DNA of 64,000 nucleotides from a virus (lineage: Duplodnaviria > Caudoviricetes). The position numbers were made by a program, and so were the translations under genes. Below are positions 28,991-38,687 of this stretch, piece by piece (positions within the stretch are counted from its first letter, which is position 1; every line of letters starts with the position of its first letter). Below the pieces are notes generated by a model that was not told the DNA's origin, ran no database searches, and was given only the letters and a program-made list of their open reading frames with translations. The stretch is from IMG/VR virus record IMGVR_UViG_3300029288_000057, positions 226,887-290,886 of that record. One strand, written 5' to 3'.

Positions 28991-29308
28991 ATGAAAAAGA
29001 TAAAAAAAAATGAATTAAGCATATTAGAGCTGGGAATCAACAATGCACTAAGGTGGGACAATATCAACAATGTAAAAGTGAAATTAGACTATTTGAATGA
29101 AAACGAAATTGTATTTAACACCACAAAAATAAAACACATTCCAAAAACTGTTTTTGACATCATCATAAGCTATAATTATTTTATTTCAAGCATTGAAATA
29201 ATTGATAGCCACGATAATAAGAAAGTTTTAAATCCGTTAAATTTAACAAACACATTGAACACAAAACAAGACTATAAAGAAACGAAATTAATTTTAAGTC
29301 ATATTTAG
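28991..29308 (+). CDS. Hypothetical protein, partly paralogous to the middle of 28296-28982
   Basis: YFISSIEI..KLIL versus YFVSAIDL..ELIL. Confidence 0.5.
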   Translation: MKKIKKNELSILELGINNALRWDNINNVKVKLDYLNENEIVFNTTKIKHIPKTVFDIIISYNYFISSIEIIDSHDNKKVLNPLNLTNTLNTKQDYKETKLILSHI

Positions 29309-29334
29309 TTAATAGGGATTCTTACTTTTTGTAT

Positions 29335-29856
29335 ATGAAAAATCTGTTGAGAAAGTATATTAGGAAACAAATAAATGAGATGCTCTCAATTTCTGAAGCT
29401 GGGGAGAGCGGGTCAAACATGGGAAGTTTGAGCGGATTGGATTCTCTACAGCCAGAAATAACAGACCAGGTTCAAAATGTTGAGGATTTACAGACAATAA
29501 CCAATCAAACGATTGATTCTAATATTGAAACAATTAAACAGATAGAATTACAAAAACAAAATTTAGAGCTTAATAAAAAAAGAGCAAACCAAGAATTAAA
29601 ATCTACGGTGCCAGCCGACCCATTAACTCCACAGAATTCTGTTAATGCATTAAAGAGCATCAACAATGCAAAATTAAAAAACATTGTTAAAATGCAGCAA
29701 GATGGTGTTAAAAAAAGTGTAGAACTAGCGAAGCAGAATCAAGATTTACAAAAAAAGTTGGACGACATGGAGGCTTTACAAAACACAATTCAAAACACAA
29801 GTAAACAGATGACTTCTGCTGTTCCAGCTGTACCATCTACCCCAACTGCTGAATAA
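29335..29856 (+). CDS. Coiled-coil protein with the same MKNLLRKYI leader (putative internal head protein)
   Basis: First 28 nt identical to the 28296 gene; Q/N/K-rich heptads. Confidence 0.6.
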   Translation: MKNLLRKYIRKQINEMLSISEAGESGSNMGSLSGLDSLQPEITDQVQNVEDLQTITNQTIDSNIETIKQIELQKQNLELNKKRANQELKSTVPADPLTPQNSVNALKSINNAKLKNIVKMQQDGVKKSVELAKQNQDLQKKLDDMEALQNTIQNTSKQMTSAVPAVPSTPTAE

Positions 29857-29955
29857 TTCTTTCTTTAAAAACTTAGAAAAACAAAAATTTTTTTCTATTT
29901 ACTTTAGTTTTTTATTTTTCTATAATTATAATAAACTAATTAAAGTTAAACAATT

Positions 29956-30810
29956 ATGGAAAATCAGAATCAAGAAAATCAAGAAAGAAGAATTATAGTT
30001 GGGCAAAACAAATCAGAAGCAAAACCCGTAGAACAAAGTCTACCAAGCGAGTTTATAGATGATGAATTTATAGTTCCAACAGAAGAAATTGAGCTCCCCT
30101 CAATGGGCGCTTTTTATCCTACTGGAAAAAAAACAGTTAAAATTAAATATTTAACTGCTGAAGAAGACGATGTGTTGTTTTCTACCGAGCTTATAAAAAG
30201 CGGAAGAGTGTTGGATGCATTACTTCAAATTGTTGTAATTGACAAAGACATTCACCCAGACGATATGGTTGTTGGAGATAGAAATGCCATTCTTATTCAT
30301 GTCAGAAGAACTGGTATGGGAGAAGAATACAGGCCTGGGAAAGTTGTTTGTCCTAGTTGTGGAGAACAATATGAGCCAGAGGTTGATTTAAGTAAATTAA
30401 AACTTAATTTTTTAAAAGACAAGCCAGATGAAAGGGGAGAGTATAGTTTTCTGTTGCCAATTATGAAGAAAAATATTAAATTCAGACTTTTAAATGGTAG
30501 GGATGAAACTCAAATTGGGAAAGCTGCTACAACGAAAAAGGGAGCAACAAATTATAAAGTATCAAAAGCCATTACCGAAAGATACAGGCGACAGATAATG
30601 GAAGTTGAAGGAAATAGAGATAAGCTTTATATATCCAAACTAATTTCTGCTATGCCTATGAAAGATTCTTTAGTGTTTAGAGAATATGTAAAACTAATTT
30701 CACCAGGAGTTGACTTCAATTATGAATTTGAATGTTTAAATTGTGGACATCGTTATGAAGATGAGGTGCCAATGACTTATAGGTTATTTTATCCAAATGC
30801 AGATTTATAA
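29956..30810 (+). CDS. T4 gp26-like baseplate hub assembly protein
   Basis: ELPS.G.FY, KYLTAEEDD.L, GDRNAIL...R and two CxxC motifs. Confidence 0.8.
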   Translation: MENQNQENQERRIIVGQNKSEAKPVEQSLPSEFIDDEFIVPTEEIELPSMGAFYPTGKKTVKIKYLTAEEDDVLFSTELIKSGRVLDALLQIVVIDKDIHPDDMVVGDRNAILIHVRRTGMGEEYRPGKVVCPSCGEQYEPEVDLSKLKLNFLKDKPDERGEYSFLLPIMKKNIKFRLLNGRDETQIGKAATTKKGATNYKVSKAITERYRRQIMEVEGNRDKLYISKLISAMPMKDSLVFREYVKLISPGVDFNYEFECLNCGHRYEDEVPMTYRLFYPNADL

Positions 30811-31883
30811 TGCAAGACGAAAAGGAATATTTACAGGCGTTTGAAGAATTTAAAAAAACTGCAAATATTCTTTTGGAAGGGTTTTATGATTTAAAGAAAG
30901 AAGTTAAAAATTTAAATAAAAAGAAGGTTGATTTATCTAGACAGTTTAGTTTAATCAACCTTCCTTCTAAGGGTGCATACTACCCAAATAAAAACAAATC
31001 TCTTCTAATAAGATATTTAACAGCAGTCGAAGAACATGTTTTGTGTGATTCTTTTTTAATGGAATCAGGCAGAGGCATTGAGCTTGTTTTGGGCGATTTG
31101 ATTATGGATGAAATTGATGTGAAAGATTTGTTGATTGGAGATTTCCAAGCCATTTTGATGTTTTTAAGGTCTACAGCTTACGGAGACACAATTGAAATAA
31201 AACCAAATTGTCCATTCTGCGGTAGAGAAGGTGATAATGATTTTAAACTTTCAGATTTAGAATTTAAAAAACCGAAAACGAATCCTGGCGACGATGGAAA
31301 ATATGTAATTTCCATACCAGAAGTGAAAATGGAATTTGTATTATCTCCTTTAACGTTTGCAAAAGAACTTGAAAAGCACGAAAATGAATGTGATGAAGAT
31401 TTCTTTAACATTAAAGATGAGGACGGAATAACCACGAAAATCAAAAAAGAAAAATCGCTATCGCTTGTATATAACATTGATTCAATAAACGGAATTACCA
31501 GCAAAGACCAAATAAAGAAAATTATAAGAAGAATGTCTAAAAAACATGTTGATTCTATTGTTAATTTTATAAAAGAAAACGAATTGGGAATAGATGAAAC
31601 TATAAATTTAAGTTGTTCGTTTTGTGGAGAACAATTTGTTCAAAAAATTGATGTGGGGTACAATTTTCTTTCACTTCCCGTTAAATATAAAGAAGATGGA
31701 ATATTGGAAGAGTCTTTTTTAATTACATATTATGGGAAAGGGGTTACCTATGAAGATGTGCAAAAAATGCCAGTTTTTACTAGGAAGTGGTGGTATAGGC
31801 GTATTCATGAAGAAGTACAAAAACAAAATGAGAATGAAAAAAAGGCAATGACTAAAGCAAAAGCAAATAAAGGTAAGTTTTAA
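30810..31883 (+). CDS. Second gp26-like protein with a fused gp51-like C-terminus
   Basis: LPSKG.YY, RYLTA.EE, GD.QAIL.FLR.TAYG, CxxC x2; tail EESF.I.YYGKG.TY.DV.KMP...RKWW. Confidence 0.75.
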   Translation: MQDEKEYLQAFEEFKKTANILLEGFYDLKKEVKNLNKKKVDLSRQFSLINLPSKGAYYPNKNKSLLIRYLTAVEEHVLCDSFLMESGRGIELVLGDLIMDEIDVKDLLIGDFQAILMFLRSTAYGDTIEIKPNCPFCGREGDNDFKLSDLEFKKPKTNPGDDGKYVISIPEVKMEFVLSPLTFAKELEKHENECDEDFFNIKDEDGITTKIKKEKSLSLVYNIDSINGITSKDQIKKIIRRMSKKHVDSIVNFIKENELGIDETINLSCSFCGEQFVQKIDVGYNFLSLPVKYKEDGILEESFLITYYGKGVTYEDVQKMPVFTRKWWYRRIHEEVQKQNENEKKAMTKAKANKGKF

Positions 31884-32782
31884 ATAGTTAATGATAATAA
31901 TTTTTCATTTAGCACATGTGCTATATTTTCATCATATTTAATGCGAATGAGCAAAATGTTGTTTTTAGAACAATAGTTGGTTTTAATTTTATCTCTTTTT
32001 TTGGTCTGTTCTAAAGACTCTTCACCGCCAAAGAAAGCAATAGGTTTATAATGTTGAACCCCATCAAATTCAATGCACATATTAAAATCAGGCAAATAAA
32101 AATCAAATGGTAGTGTCTTGATGTTTTTACAATCTTTAAAAATGTGGCTGGATTTGAATTTTATATTTTTATTTATTAAATAGTTTTTGATTAAATTCTC
32201 ACCAAGGCTATTGTTACAAGTTGGGCAACCACATCCTTTGTTAATGTGATAATGTGCAATTTGCTCAAACATCCCGTGAATAGGACATATTATTTTAACC
32301 TTTAAGTTTATATTTACATATTCAGATAAAGAATAATCATATCTATTTGCATGAATATTTTTTGCAGCAACAATAAAATCTTCTGTTGTTCTTCCTCTTC
32401 CTGCGCATTTTGGGCACCCACACTTTTGACTTATGTGAGCATTTGGTGTTTGTAAAAAAACTCCATGGTTTTTACATATTATTTTAACCTTTTCCTTGTT
32501 GTCTATGTATTTTACTAATGAATAATCATATATATCTCCATGTGTTTTTACTGAATTGCTCACAAATTCGTCTTTTGACAATTTCTTTGTGCCAGAACAT
32601 TTAATACATCCACTTTTATTGTATATGTGGTCATTTGGTCTTTGAAAAAAATCGCCATGTTGAATACAGGTTATTATAACATTCGTTCTACAGTTAACAT
32701 AATTTGTTTTTGAATAATTATATTTATCTCCGTGAATTTCTTTGGCTTTTATAATAAACTCTGCTGTTGTTAATCTTTTCAT
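31880..32782 (-). CDS. Putative homing endonuclease (DUF723-like Zn repeats plus Vsr-like nuclease)
   Basis: Three HG.KY.YS..Y....V.I.C..HG.F.Q...H...GC..C repeats and LPFDFYLP..IEFDG.QH. Confidence 0.8.
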   Translation of the reverse strand: MKRLTTAEFIIKAKEIHGDKYNYSKTNYVNCRTNVIITCIQHGDFFQRPNDHIYNKSGCIKCSGTKKLSKDEFVSNSVKTHGDIYDYSLVKYIDNKEKVKIICKNHGVFLQTPNAHISQKCGCPKCAGRGRTTEDFIVAAKNIHANRYDYSLSEYVNINLKVKIICPIHGMFEQIAHYHINKGCGCPTCNNSLGENLIKNYLINKNIKFKSSHIFKDCKNIKTLPFDFYLPDFNMCIEFDGVQHYKPIAFFGGEESLEQTKKRDKIKTNYCSKNNILLIRIKYDENIAHVLNEKLLSLTI

Positions 32783-32784
32783 AG

Positions 32785-32949
32785 TTATTTTCTCCTATTT
32801 TCTATTTGGTTAAAGTGTTCTTCCAATAACCAATTAATAAACTTAGATTCGTTTAGCTCTAGGTTCTTTAATCTATTAAAGTTTTCTGGAGAAATAACAA
32901 CCGATAGGTGCTGTTTTTTTTCTTCTGTGTTAATTTTCTTGCGTCCCAT
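32785..32949 (-). CDS. 54-aa ribbon-helix-helix-like protein (not in the ORF track)
   Basis: MGRKKINTEEKKQHLSVVISPENFNRLKNLELNESKFINWLLEEHFNQIENRRK, with TATTTATA upstream. Confidence 0.7.
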   Translation of the reverse strand: MGRKKINTEEKKQHLSVVISPENFNRLKNLELNESKFINWLLEEHFNQIENRRK

Positions 32950-33003
32950 ATTTAGTGTTTATTATAAATATGTAAAAAAATTAAAAATACACAAGTATAA
33001 ATT

Positions 33004-33159
33004 TTATTTTAATTTACTTTCTATCGTCTCATCTAATCTTTTAAAATACTCTGTTAGCAATGAGTCAATTAGCTTAGATTTGTTATATTTCCCCTTTTCC
33101 AATTTTTCTGCAATTTTTGGAGAAATACATACTCCAAGTATGGGTTTATTTCTTTTCAT
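33004..33159 (-). CDS. 51-aa ribbon-helix-helix-like protein (not in the ORF track)
   Basis: MKRNKPILGVCISPKIAEKLEKGKYNKSKLIDSLLTEYFKRLDETIESKLK, with TATTTAT upstream. Confidence 0.7.
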   Translation of the reverse strand: MKRNKPILGVCISPKIAEKLEKGKYNKSKLIDSLLTEYFKRLDETIESKLK

Positions 33160-33238
33160 GTTGTTTTTTCATAAATATAGCCAATTATGTTTTGAAATCA
33201 AAATTTTATTGTATATTTATGAAAAATAGAAAACAAAC

Positions 33239-34618
33239 ATGGATTCAATCAAAAAAATAGAAGAAATTTCCTCAAAAAACAACGAAATATTTGAAAAAAT
33301 CTTTTTAAACGAAGCAATTCTTACTAGAACGAGAGATAGGGTTTATACATATGCAATAAACGGAAATTATCTTTACAGAATGGGAGGAGAAGGGGCTTAT
33401 TTAGAGGCGACGTTCAATAGGCCTGAGTTTGCATGGTTGTTAAATGCAAAATTTAAAGCAGATTATATTTTTATTAAAGGAGACCAGTTAACATTTACTG
33501 GAGATTGGTATAGCGGTTCTTTTGAGGGATATTCTTTTGCCACGGGGTCAAATTTTATCGGAGGAGAATTCAAAGGAGAAAGATATGAAGCTGGTAACAA
33601 AAGTTTTAAAGCACCCCCAGAAAAATATTTTAAAGGAATATGGGAAAATCCTCAAGACGGAATTTTGGGAGTTGAAATGTATAAAGAACCAATTGAAAAC
33701 ACAGCGGATGGTATAGAATTGGCTGCTGTACCTACTGGTTGGTTTGTTACAGTTCTCGGAGAAGGTGGAGAGAAGTTAACTTTTAGAGTCATTAAAAAAT
33801 TAGATGACAAAGACACTAATTTTGTGTTCCAGATTTATCCGAATTTGCAAAAGCTACAAGTTTTGTGGGAAACAATCAGAACAAATTATTTAAATAATGG
33901 ACACATTGTTAAAGGAATGCCGTTTAATTTGCTCGGAGCCACATATCAAATAGGGCAGGTTGATTCTATTTTTGTGACCAATGAACAACCAGGAGAAAGA
34001 GTTTCCGCAAAAGATACAGTTGATTTTTCCTTAGACCCCAAATTAAAAGGGTTTTTGAGTTATAAAAACACTGCTATTCCTATTGAGATAGATTCTTCAT
34101 CCCAGGAAGGAAAAGATTTTGTCGAACAATTTAAAAAAGACTTGCCAAGAGGAGTTTTTTCTGATTTATTGAAAAATCTGGCTGGGTATATATCTTCTGG
34201 TATTGTGAGGGGGTTTTCAGATGATGAATTTGTTGGTCTAGCACCGATTTTCAACAACATAAGAGGAATAAAGGTTACAGATAACAAAGCAAGAGAGTTA
34301 ATGTCATATCTTAACAAATTTATGTTATATATTGCAGGAGAAGCGGCAGATGTTGACACAAATAATTTGATAACGGAATCTGTCCTGAAAATAAAAACCC
34401 TGATTACAAATAAAATTAAACAAGCATTGAAAACAAACACATATGTACCATATTTTCAAAGAGACCCAGTTTTAAATCGCAACAAAAGTGGTATTTATCC
34501 AAGGATTCCGAAGGGAAATATGCCTTTGTCTCCAAAGCAACAACAGCAGAAGAATAAAGATGCCGAAGCACAAATTCGAGCATTCCTGGCAAATAAAAAT
34601 AAAAAAAAATCTGAATAA
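33239..34618 (+). CDS. Hypothetical late protein with Gly-aromatic repeats
   Basis: 459-aa ORF, G.W..G.F-type repeats, TATTTAT at 33214. Confidence 0.65.
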   Translation: MDSIKKIEEISSKNNEIFEKIFLNEAILTRTRDRVYTYAINGNYLYRMGGEGAYLEATFNRPEFAWLLNAKFKADYIFIKGDQLTFTGDWYSGSFEGYSFATGSNFIGGEFKGERYEAGNKSFKAPPEKYFKGIWENPQDGILGVEMYKEPIENTADGIELAAVPTGWFVTVLGEGGEKLTFRVIKKLDDKDTNFVFQIYPNLQKLQVLWETIRTNYLNNGHIVKGMPFNLLGATYQIGQVDSIFVTNEQPGERVSAKDTVDFSLDPKLKGFLSYKNTAIPIEIDSSSQEGKDFVEQFKKDLPRGVFSDLLKNLAGYISSGIVRGFSDDEFVGLAPIFNNIRGIKVTDNKARELMSYLNKFMLYIAGEAADVDTNNLITESVLKIKTLITNKIKQALKTNTYVPYFQRDPVLNRNKSGIYPRIPKGNMPLSPKQQQQKNKDAEAQIRAFLANKNKKKSE

Positions 34619-34619
34619 A

Positions 34620-34660
34620 TGTAACTTTTTTGTTTTTTTTTCGTATACTATAGTAGAAAC
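34620..34660 (+). promoter_or_regulatory. ECF-like promoter TGTAAC-N16-CGTATACTATAGTAGAAAC
   Basis: Near-identical copy on the minus strand at 49387-49427. Confidence 0.65.
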
Positions 34661-34675
34661 TTAAAGAAAAGAATT

Positions 34676-35206
34676 ATGAAAACATTTGTTAAACGTCTAT
34701 TAAAAGGACTTATTTACACAGGATTAAGTTTGTTCTTCATTTTTCACGAATACGGAACAAATTCACTTGGGTCAAACCACAAATGGGGAGATTCGGTGTC
34801 TGTTTGGGCTGAAACTCAGTCTGGATTCGTACAGGGTGCATCGTCTCTTTTTATGTTTGTCTTGGGATTTGCAGCATTGATTTATTTGGTTAAAGGAGTT
34901 TATTTTATAACTTCTGCTCATACTGGTAAAAACCCTGTGTTTGAAAACTCTCTTAGAGAAAAATTTAGCAAATCATGTTCTGGTTTTGACGGAGATAATA
35001 AAAATATTGAAAGAATAAAGGCTTACAGGGAGTCAAAACTGTCAACTATGATGAATTCTGAAGCGGCAGAGGAATATAAGTCAACCGCCTGGATAGATTC
35101 TCTGGCTGCTAATGGTGGAAAGAAAGCACAGGCCACAATAAGATTTATTGACTCTCAGTTGGCCGCAAGAAGCAATGAAGATGGATATAACTTCTTAAAA
35201 AGATAA
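34676..35206 (+). CDS. Two-TM membrane protein
   Basis: Hydrophobic segments LIYTGLSLFFIF and LFMFVLGFAALIYLV; has its own promoter and terminator. Confidence 0.7.
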   Translation: MKTFVKRLLKGLIYTGLSLFFIFHEYGTNSLGSNHKWGDSVSVWAETQSGFVQGASSLFMFVLGFAALIYLVKGVYFITSAHTGKNPVFENSLREKFSKSCSGFDGDNKNIERIKAYRESKLSTMMNSEAAEEYKSTAWIDSLAANGGKKAQATIRFIDSQLAARSNEDGYNFLKR

Positions 35207-35228
35207 AAATTATAAACAATTATTTTTC

Positions 35229-35261
35229 AAAAGGGATATGCGAAAGTGTATCCCTTTTTTT
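35229..35261 (+). terminator. Intrinsic terminator with a GAAA loop
   Basis: AAAAGGGATATGC-GAAA-GTGTATCCCTTTTTT. Confidence 0.85.
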
Positions 35262-35311
35262 ATTTATAAAAAATTTTTTTGTCATTATATTTATAAGAAA
35301 ATGTTTTCATA

Positions 35312-38300
35312 ATGGCAAAGCAAGAAACTGGAATTAACCCCGCACAATATCAAGAAGCAATTAAAAGGGTTGACCAACTTTATAAAAGGCAGAAAGATTT
35401 AAATAAAATGACGGACACATACAAATCCGTCTGGGAGGGTATTTCTGCAACAATCTTTGGAGTGTCTGGCGCTGATTGGTGGGATAAGGTGCCAAAGACG
35501 ACTGAGGATTTGGTTAAGCAAGCAAAGATGCTTGACCAAATGAATTCGCATCTTGATGATATTGGGGATAACTTAAACAAAAAACTATCTGTATCTATTA
35601 AGGCGATGGGGGAAGGGTTGGAAAAGAATTTGGAAGGGTTTATAAGTTCCTTCAGGAGTAAAACGGAAATCATATCATCAAGTTTTAAGGGCGTTTCTGA
35701 AAACTTGACATTCACGGAACAGCAAGACATGATTGATTTGCTTACAGAAAAATCAAAGAAGTTCTCCGACATGTCTGAGACAAATAAGAATAAATTATCT
35801 AAGTTAATTGAAAAAACGAAACTTCAAGAGGATGATATAGCAAAAGTGCTTGAGAAAAGCCATACAGATTCTGATAAATTTTATGAAAAATTAAAAAAAG
35901 AACTGCCTGAAATTAATAAAATTAAAGATGAAGGGCTTCAGACAGATTTGTTAATGGCACTTGCCAGCAAAGATATTGCTAAATTTTTAGATAAGCATGG
36001 AGACAAAGGAATAGAAGTGTTATCGCTTAATAAAGACATCTTTGAAAGTATTCAACAAGAAGTCGAAGAATATAAAAAGGCAAACTTTGAAGTTAAAAAA
36101 ATGACAGAGGAGTTGGCAAAACCAGATAAGGAAGTCTTCAAAATAGGCAGAGGATTAACTGCAATTGCAAAAAACATAGCATCTGGTATAATCCCCAAGA
36201 TGTTGGAGTTTGATAAAATTATTCATGATACACAGAAAACAACTGGTATTATGTTTACAGAAAACGCAGCGAGAATGACAGAGCTTACAGTGAAAACTGC
36301 AAAATTTGGAATGTCAATAGAGGACACAGCTGCGTTTATGGGAACTCTTGGTGAAGAGTTGAGGACAATTGACTTTAATGTCTTAAGTCAAGCCACAGAT
36401 GATTTAAAGGCCATTCAGCTGGCCACTGGCATGTCGGCAGAGAGTATGGGTGTTATGGCTGGTGAAATGATGCGTATGGGAGATTCTTCTGAAACTGTAA
36501 GAGATGCAATGTCGGATGCAAATGTTATGGCGAAGAGATTCGGTGTAAGTTCTAAAAAAGTTCTTGAAGGAATATCCAGGAATATTACAAAGATGCGTAC
36601 CATGGGTTTCCAGGGTGGAGAAAAGAGTTTGATGAAAATGGTTGCAACTGCAGAAAGATTAAGAATGAATGTTGATGAAATTTTTGATGTAGCAGATAAG
36701 GCTAGAAACATCGAAGGTGCAATGCAAATGGCTGCCGAATTACAATTGGCTGGTGGTTCCTTTGCAAATATAAACCCTATGGACTTGCTTGCTTCTGCAA
36801 GGAAAGACCCCGCCGCCCTACAAAAAATATTAACAACCATGGGTAAGGATATTGGTAATTTTGTTAAAAATGCCAATGGAGAGATGGAATATGTATTTGA
36901 TGCGGTTGATAAGGATAGGTTGCAGATTGTTGCAGACGCAACTGGTCAAACATTAGACTCGATTCAAAAAGGAATTCAAAAGAATGCTGAGGATGCTAAG
37001 AAAATGAACCTGATGCCCGATATTACTTTTGAAGGGTTGAAAGATAAAGACGGAAAAGCTATTGACCCAGATTCTATTAAAAACACGTTGATGGACTCTG
37101 TTGATATGACAGGAAAGGTTCTTGAAGGAAGTGTTTTAGATAAGGCTGGAATAAAGAATTTGGGAGAAATAACACAAGAGCAGGCAAAGAAAATCATGCA
37201 AGACCAAATTGAAAAAGATAAAAACCTTGAAAAGCAGGCAAAACAAAACCAAGGATTCCAAGATGCATTAACAGCATTTAAGAATACTTTTATGAATTTA
37301 CTTACAGTTTTTGAACCAGTTATAGAAGCGTTGACATCAGCTATCCAATGGTTAATAGACAACAAATGGGCTCTGTTTACTGTTGCTATAATAGCGATGG
37401 CAGCTAAATTGCCTGCTTTAATTGCTGGTATGGGAAAAATGGCTGGAGGCCTTGCTGATGTGGGAACGAAGTTTGGAAGTATGTTTAAAAAAGGTGGAGT
37501 AAAAGATTTATTTAAAGGTGGTATGAGACCTGCAATCTCTGGCACAGAAGGTGCGGGAAAAGATGCATTGGCAACGAAAGTAACCAAAACAGAAGATTTA
37601 AGCAAGGGAGTAAAAGGACCAAGGGGTAAAAGTGGGTTGGAAACTCTTGCAAAAGGTTTAAAGGCAATGGGCGGAAAAGGGGTTATGAAGGGAATTTTAG
37701 CTACAGCGCTTGCTGGACCAGCGTTGTTGTTGTTTCTTCCTGCGGTTCCTGGATTGTTGGTTTTAGCTGGTGTTGGCGCAGTAGAAAAACTGGTTGTGGC
37801 TGGATTCAGAGCAATAGCAAAGGGATTTGGAGTAATGGGTAGGAATTTTAAAGATATTTTGTTAGGCTCAGCAGCAATGGCACTTGTGGGGGTTTCTTTG
37901 GGAGTGTTTGCACTTGCGGTTGGAATGTTTGCAACTATTGAATGGGAAACATTGGCAAAGGCTGGAGTGGCACTTATTGGTTTGGTTGGCGCCTTGACTA
38001 TTGTTGGGCTTCTTATGTCAGGTCCTGGAGGATTAGCATTGGTTGTTGGAGCAGCTGCATTAATTGTAGTTGCAGCGTCTTTGGCAATTGCTTCTTTAGG
38101 GTTGATGGCATTCGCAGCATCAATGACACTATTGTCTGGTGTTGAGTGGAGTGTTCTTGGAATGATGGGAACAACATTGCTGGGACTTGTTGGTCCTTTA
38201 TTGGCATTCTCATTGGCTGGCCTTATGTTTGCAAATCCAATAACTATGTTTGGAATGATGCTTATGGTTGGGACTTTGGCTTCTATTTCAGCAGTTTTAA

Positions 38301-38629
38301 TTCCATTGTCTGAGGCACTTGATATTGGAGGAAAAGGTTTAGATGCAATGTCAAGTGGAGTATTAACACTTAGTGATGCATTGTCAAAATTAGATTTTGA
38401 AAAATTAGACAAAGTAAAAGAATTTTCTCAAGCAATGGCAGTTGCTTCTCTCGCTGGTGGAGCGATGTCATCAATGGTTGCTGTAATAGAAGCAATTGGT
38501 AAAATTGGAGGAGGCAAAGAAGAAGGTGGAAAACCAAGAGAAGATAGAAACATAGTAATTCAATTAAAAATGCCTTCGGGGCGTGTGCTAGAGGAGCATA
38601 TCGTGAGGGATATTGACAAGGTTAGTTAA
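35312..38629 (+). CDS. Tape measure protein
   Basis: Long helical protein with an extended Ala/Gly/Leu hydrophobic C-terminal third, located between the chaperone and baseplate genes. Confidence 0.8.
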   Translation: MAKQETGINPAQYQEAIKRVDQLYKRQKDLNKMTDTYKSVWEGISATIFGVSGADWWDKVPKTTEDLVKQAKMLDQMNSHLDDIGDNLNKKLSVSIKAMGEGLEKNLEGFISSFRSKTEIISSSFKGVSENLTFTEQQDMIDLLTEKSKKFSDMSETNKNKLSKLIEKTKLQEDDIAKVLEKSHTDSDKFYEKLKKELPEINKIKDEGLQTDLLMALASKDIAKFLDKHGDKGIEVLSLNKDIFESIQQEVEEYKKANFEVKKMTEELAKPDKEVFKIGRGLTAIAKNIASGIIPKMLEFDKIIHDTQKTTGIMFTENAARMTELTVKTAKFGMSIEDTAAFMGTLGEELRTIDFNVLSQATDDLKAIQLATGMSAESMGVMAGEMMRMGDSSETVRDAMSDANVMAKRFGVSSKKVLEGISRNITKMRTMGFQGGEKSLMKMVATAERLRMNVDEIFDVADKARNIEGAMQMAAELQLAGGSFANINPMDLLASARKDPAALQKILTTMGKDIGNFVKNANGEMEYVFDAVDKDRLQIVADATGQTLDSIQKGIQKNAEDAKKMNLMPDITFEGLKDKDGKAIDPDSIKNTLMDSVDMTGKVLEGSVLDKAGIKNLGEITQEQAKKIMQDQIEKDKNLEKQAKQNQGFQDALTAFKNTFMNLLTVFEPVIEALTSAIQWLIDNKWALFTVAIIAMAAKLPALIAGMGKMAGGLADVGTKFGSMFKKGGVKDLFKGGMRPAISGTEGAGKDALATKVTKTEDLSKGVKGPRGKSGLETLAKGLKAMGGKGVMKGILATALAGPALLLFLPAVPGLLVLAGVGAVEKLVVAGFRAIAKGFGVMGRNFKDILLGSAAMALVGVSLGVFALAVGMFATIEWETLAKAGVALIGLVGALTIVGLLMSGPGGLALVVGAAALIVVAASLAIASLGLMAFAASMTLLSGVEWSVLGMMGTTLLGLVGPLLAFSLAGLMFANPITMFGMMLMVGTLASISAVLIPLSEALDIGGKGLDAMSSGVLTLSDALSKLDFEKLDKVKEFSQAMAVASLAGGAMSSMVAVIEAIGKIGGGKEEGGKPREDRNIVIQLKMPSGRVLEEHIVRDIDKVS

Positions 38630-38687
38630 GTGAATTTAATTAAATTGAGTCTTTTGTAAAATTTAATTATATTTGTAATAAAAATTT

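Noticed and set aside
32927-33229. 100-aa plus-strand ORF
   Set aside because: Better explained by two minus-strand RHH-like genes with their own promoter motifs.
36976-38412. 478-aa antisense ORF within the tape measure gene
   Set aside because: Shadow of Gly/Ala/Leu-rich codons on the sense strand; no motifs or independent signals.
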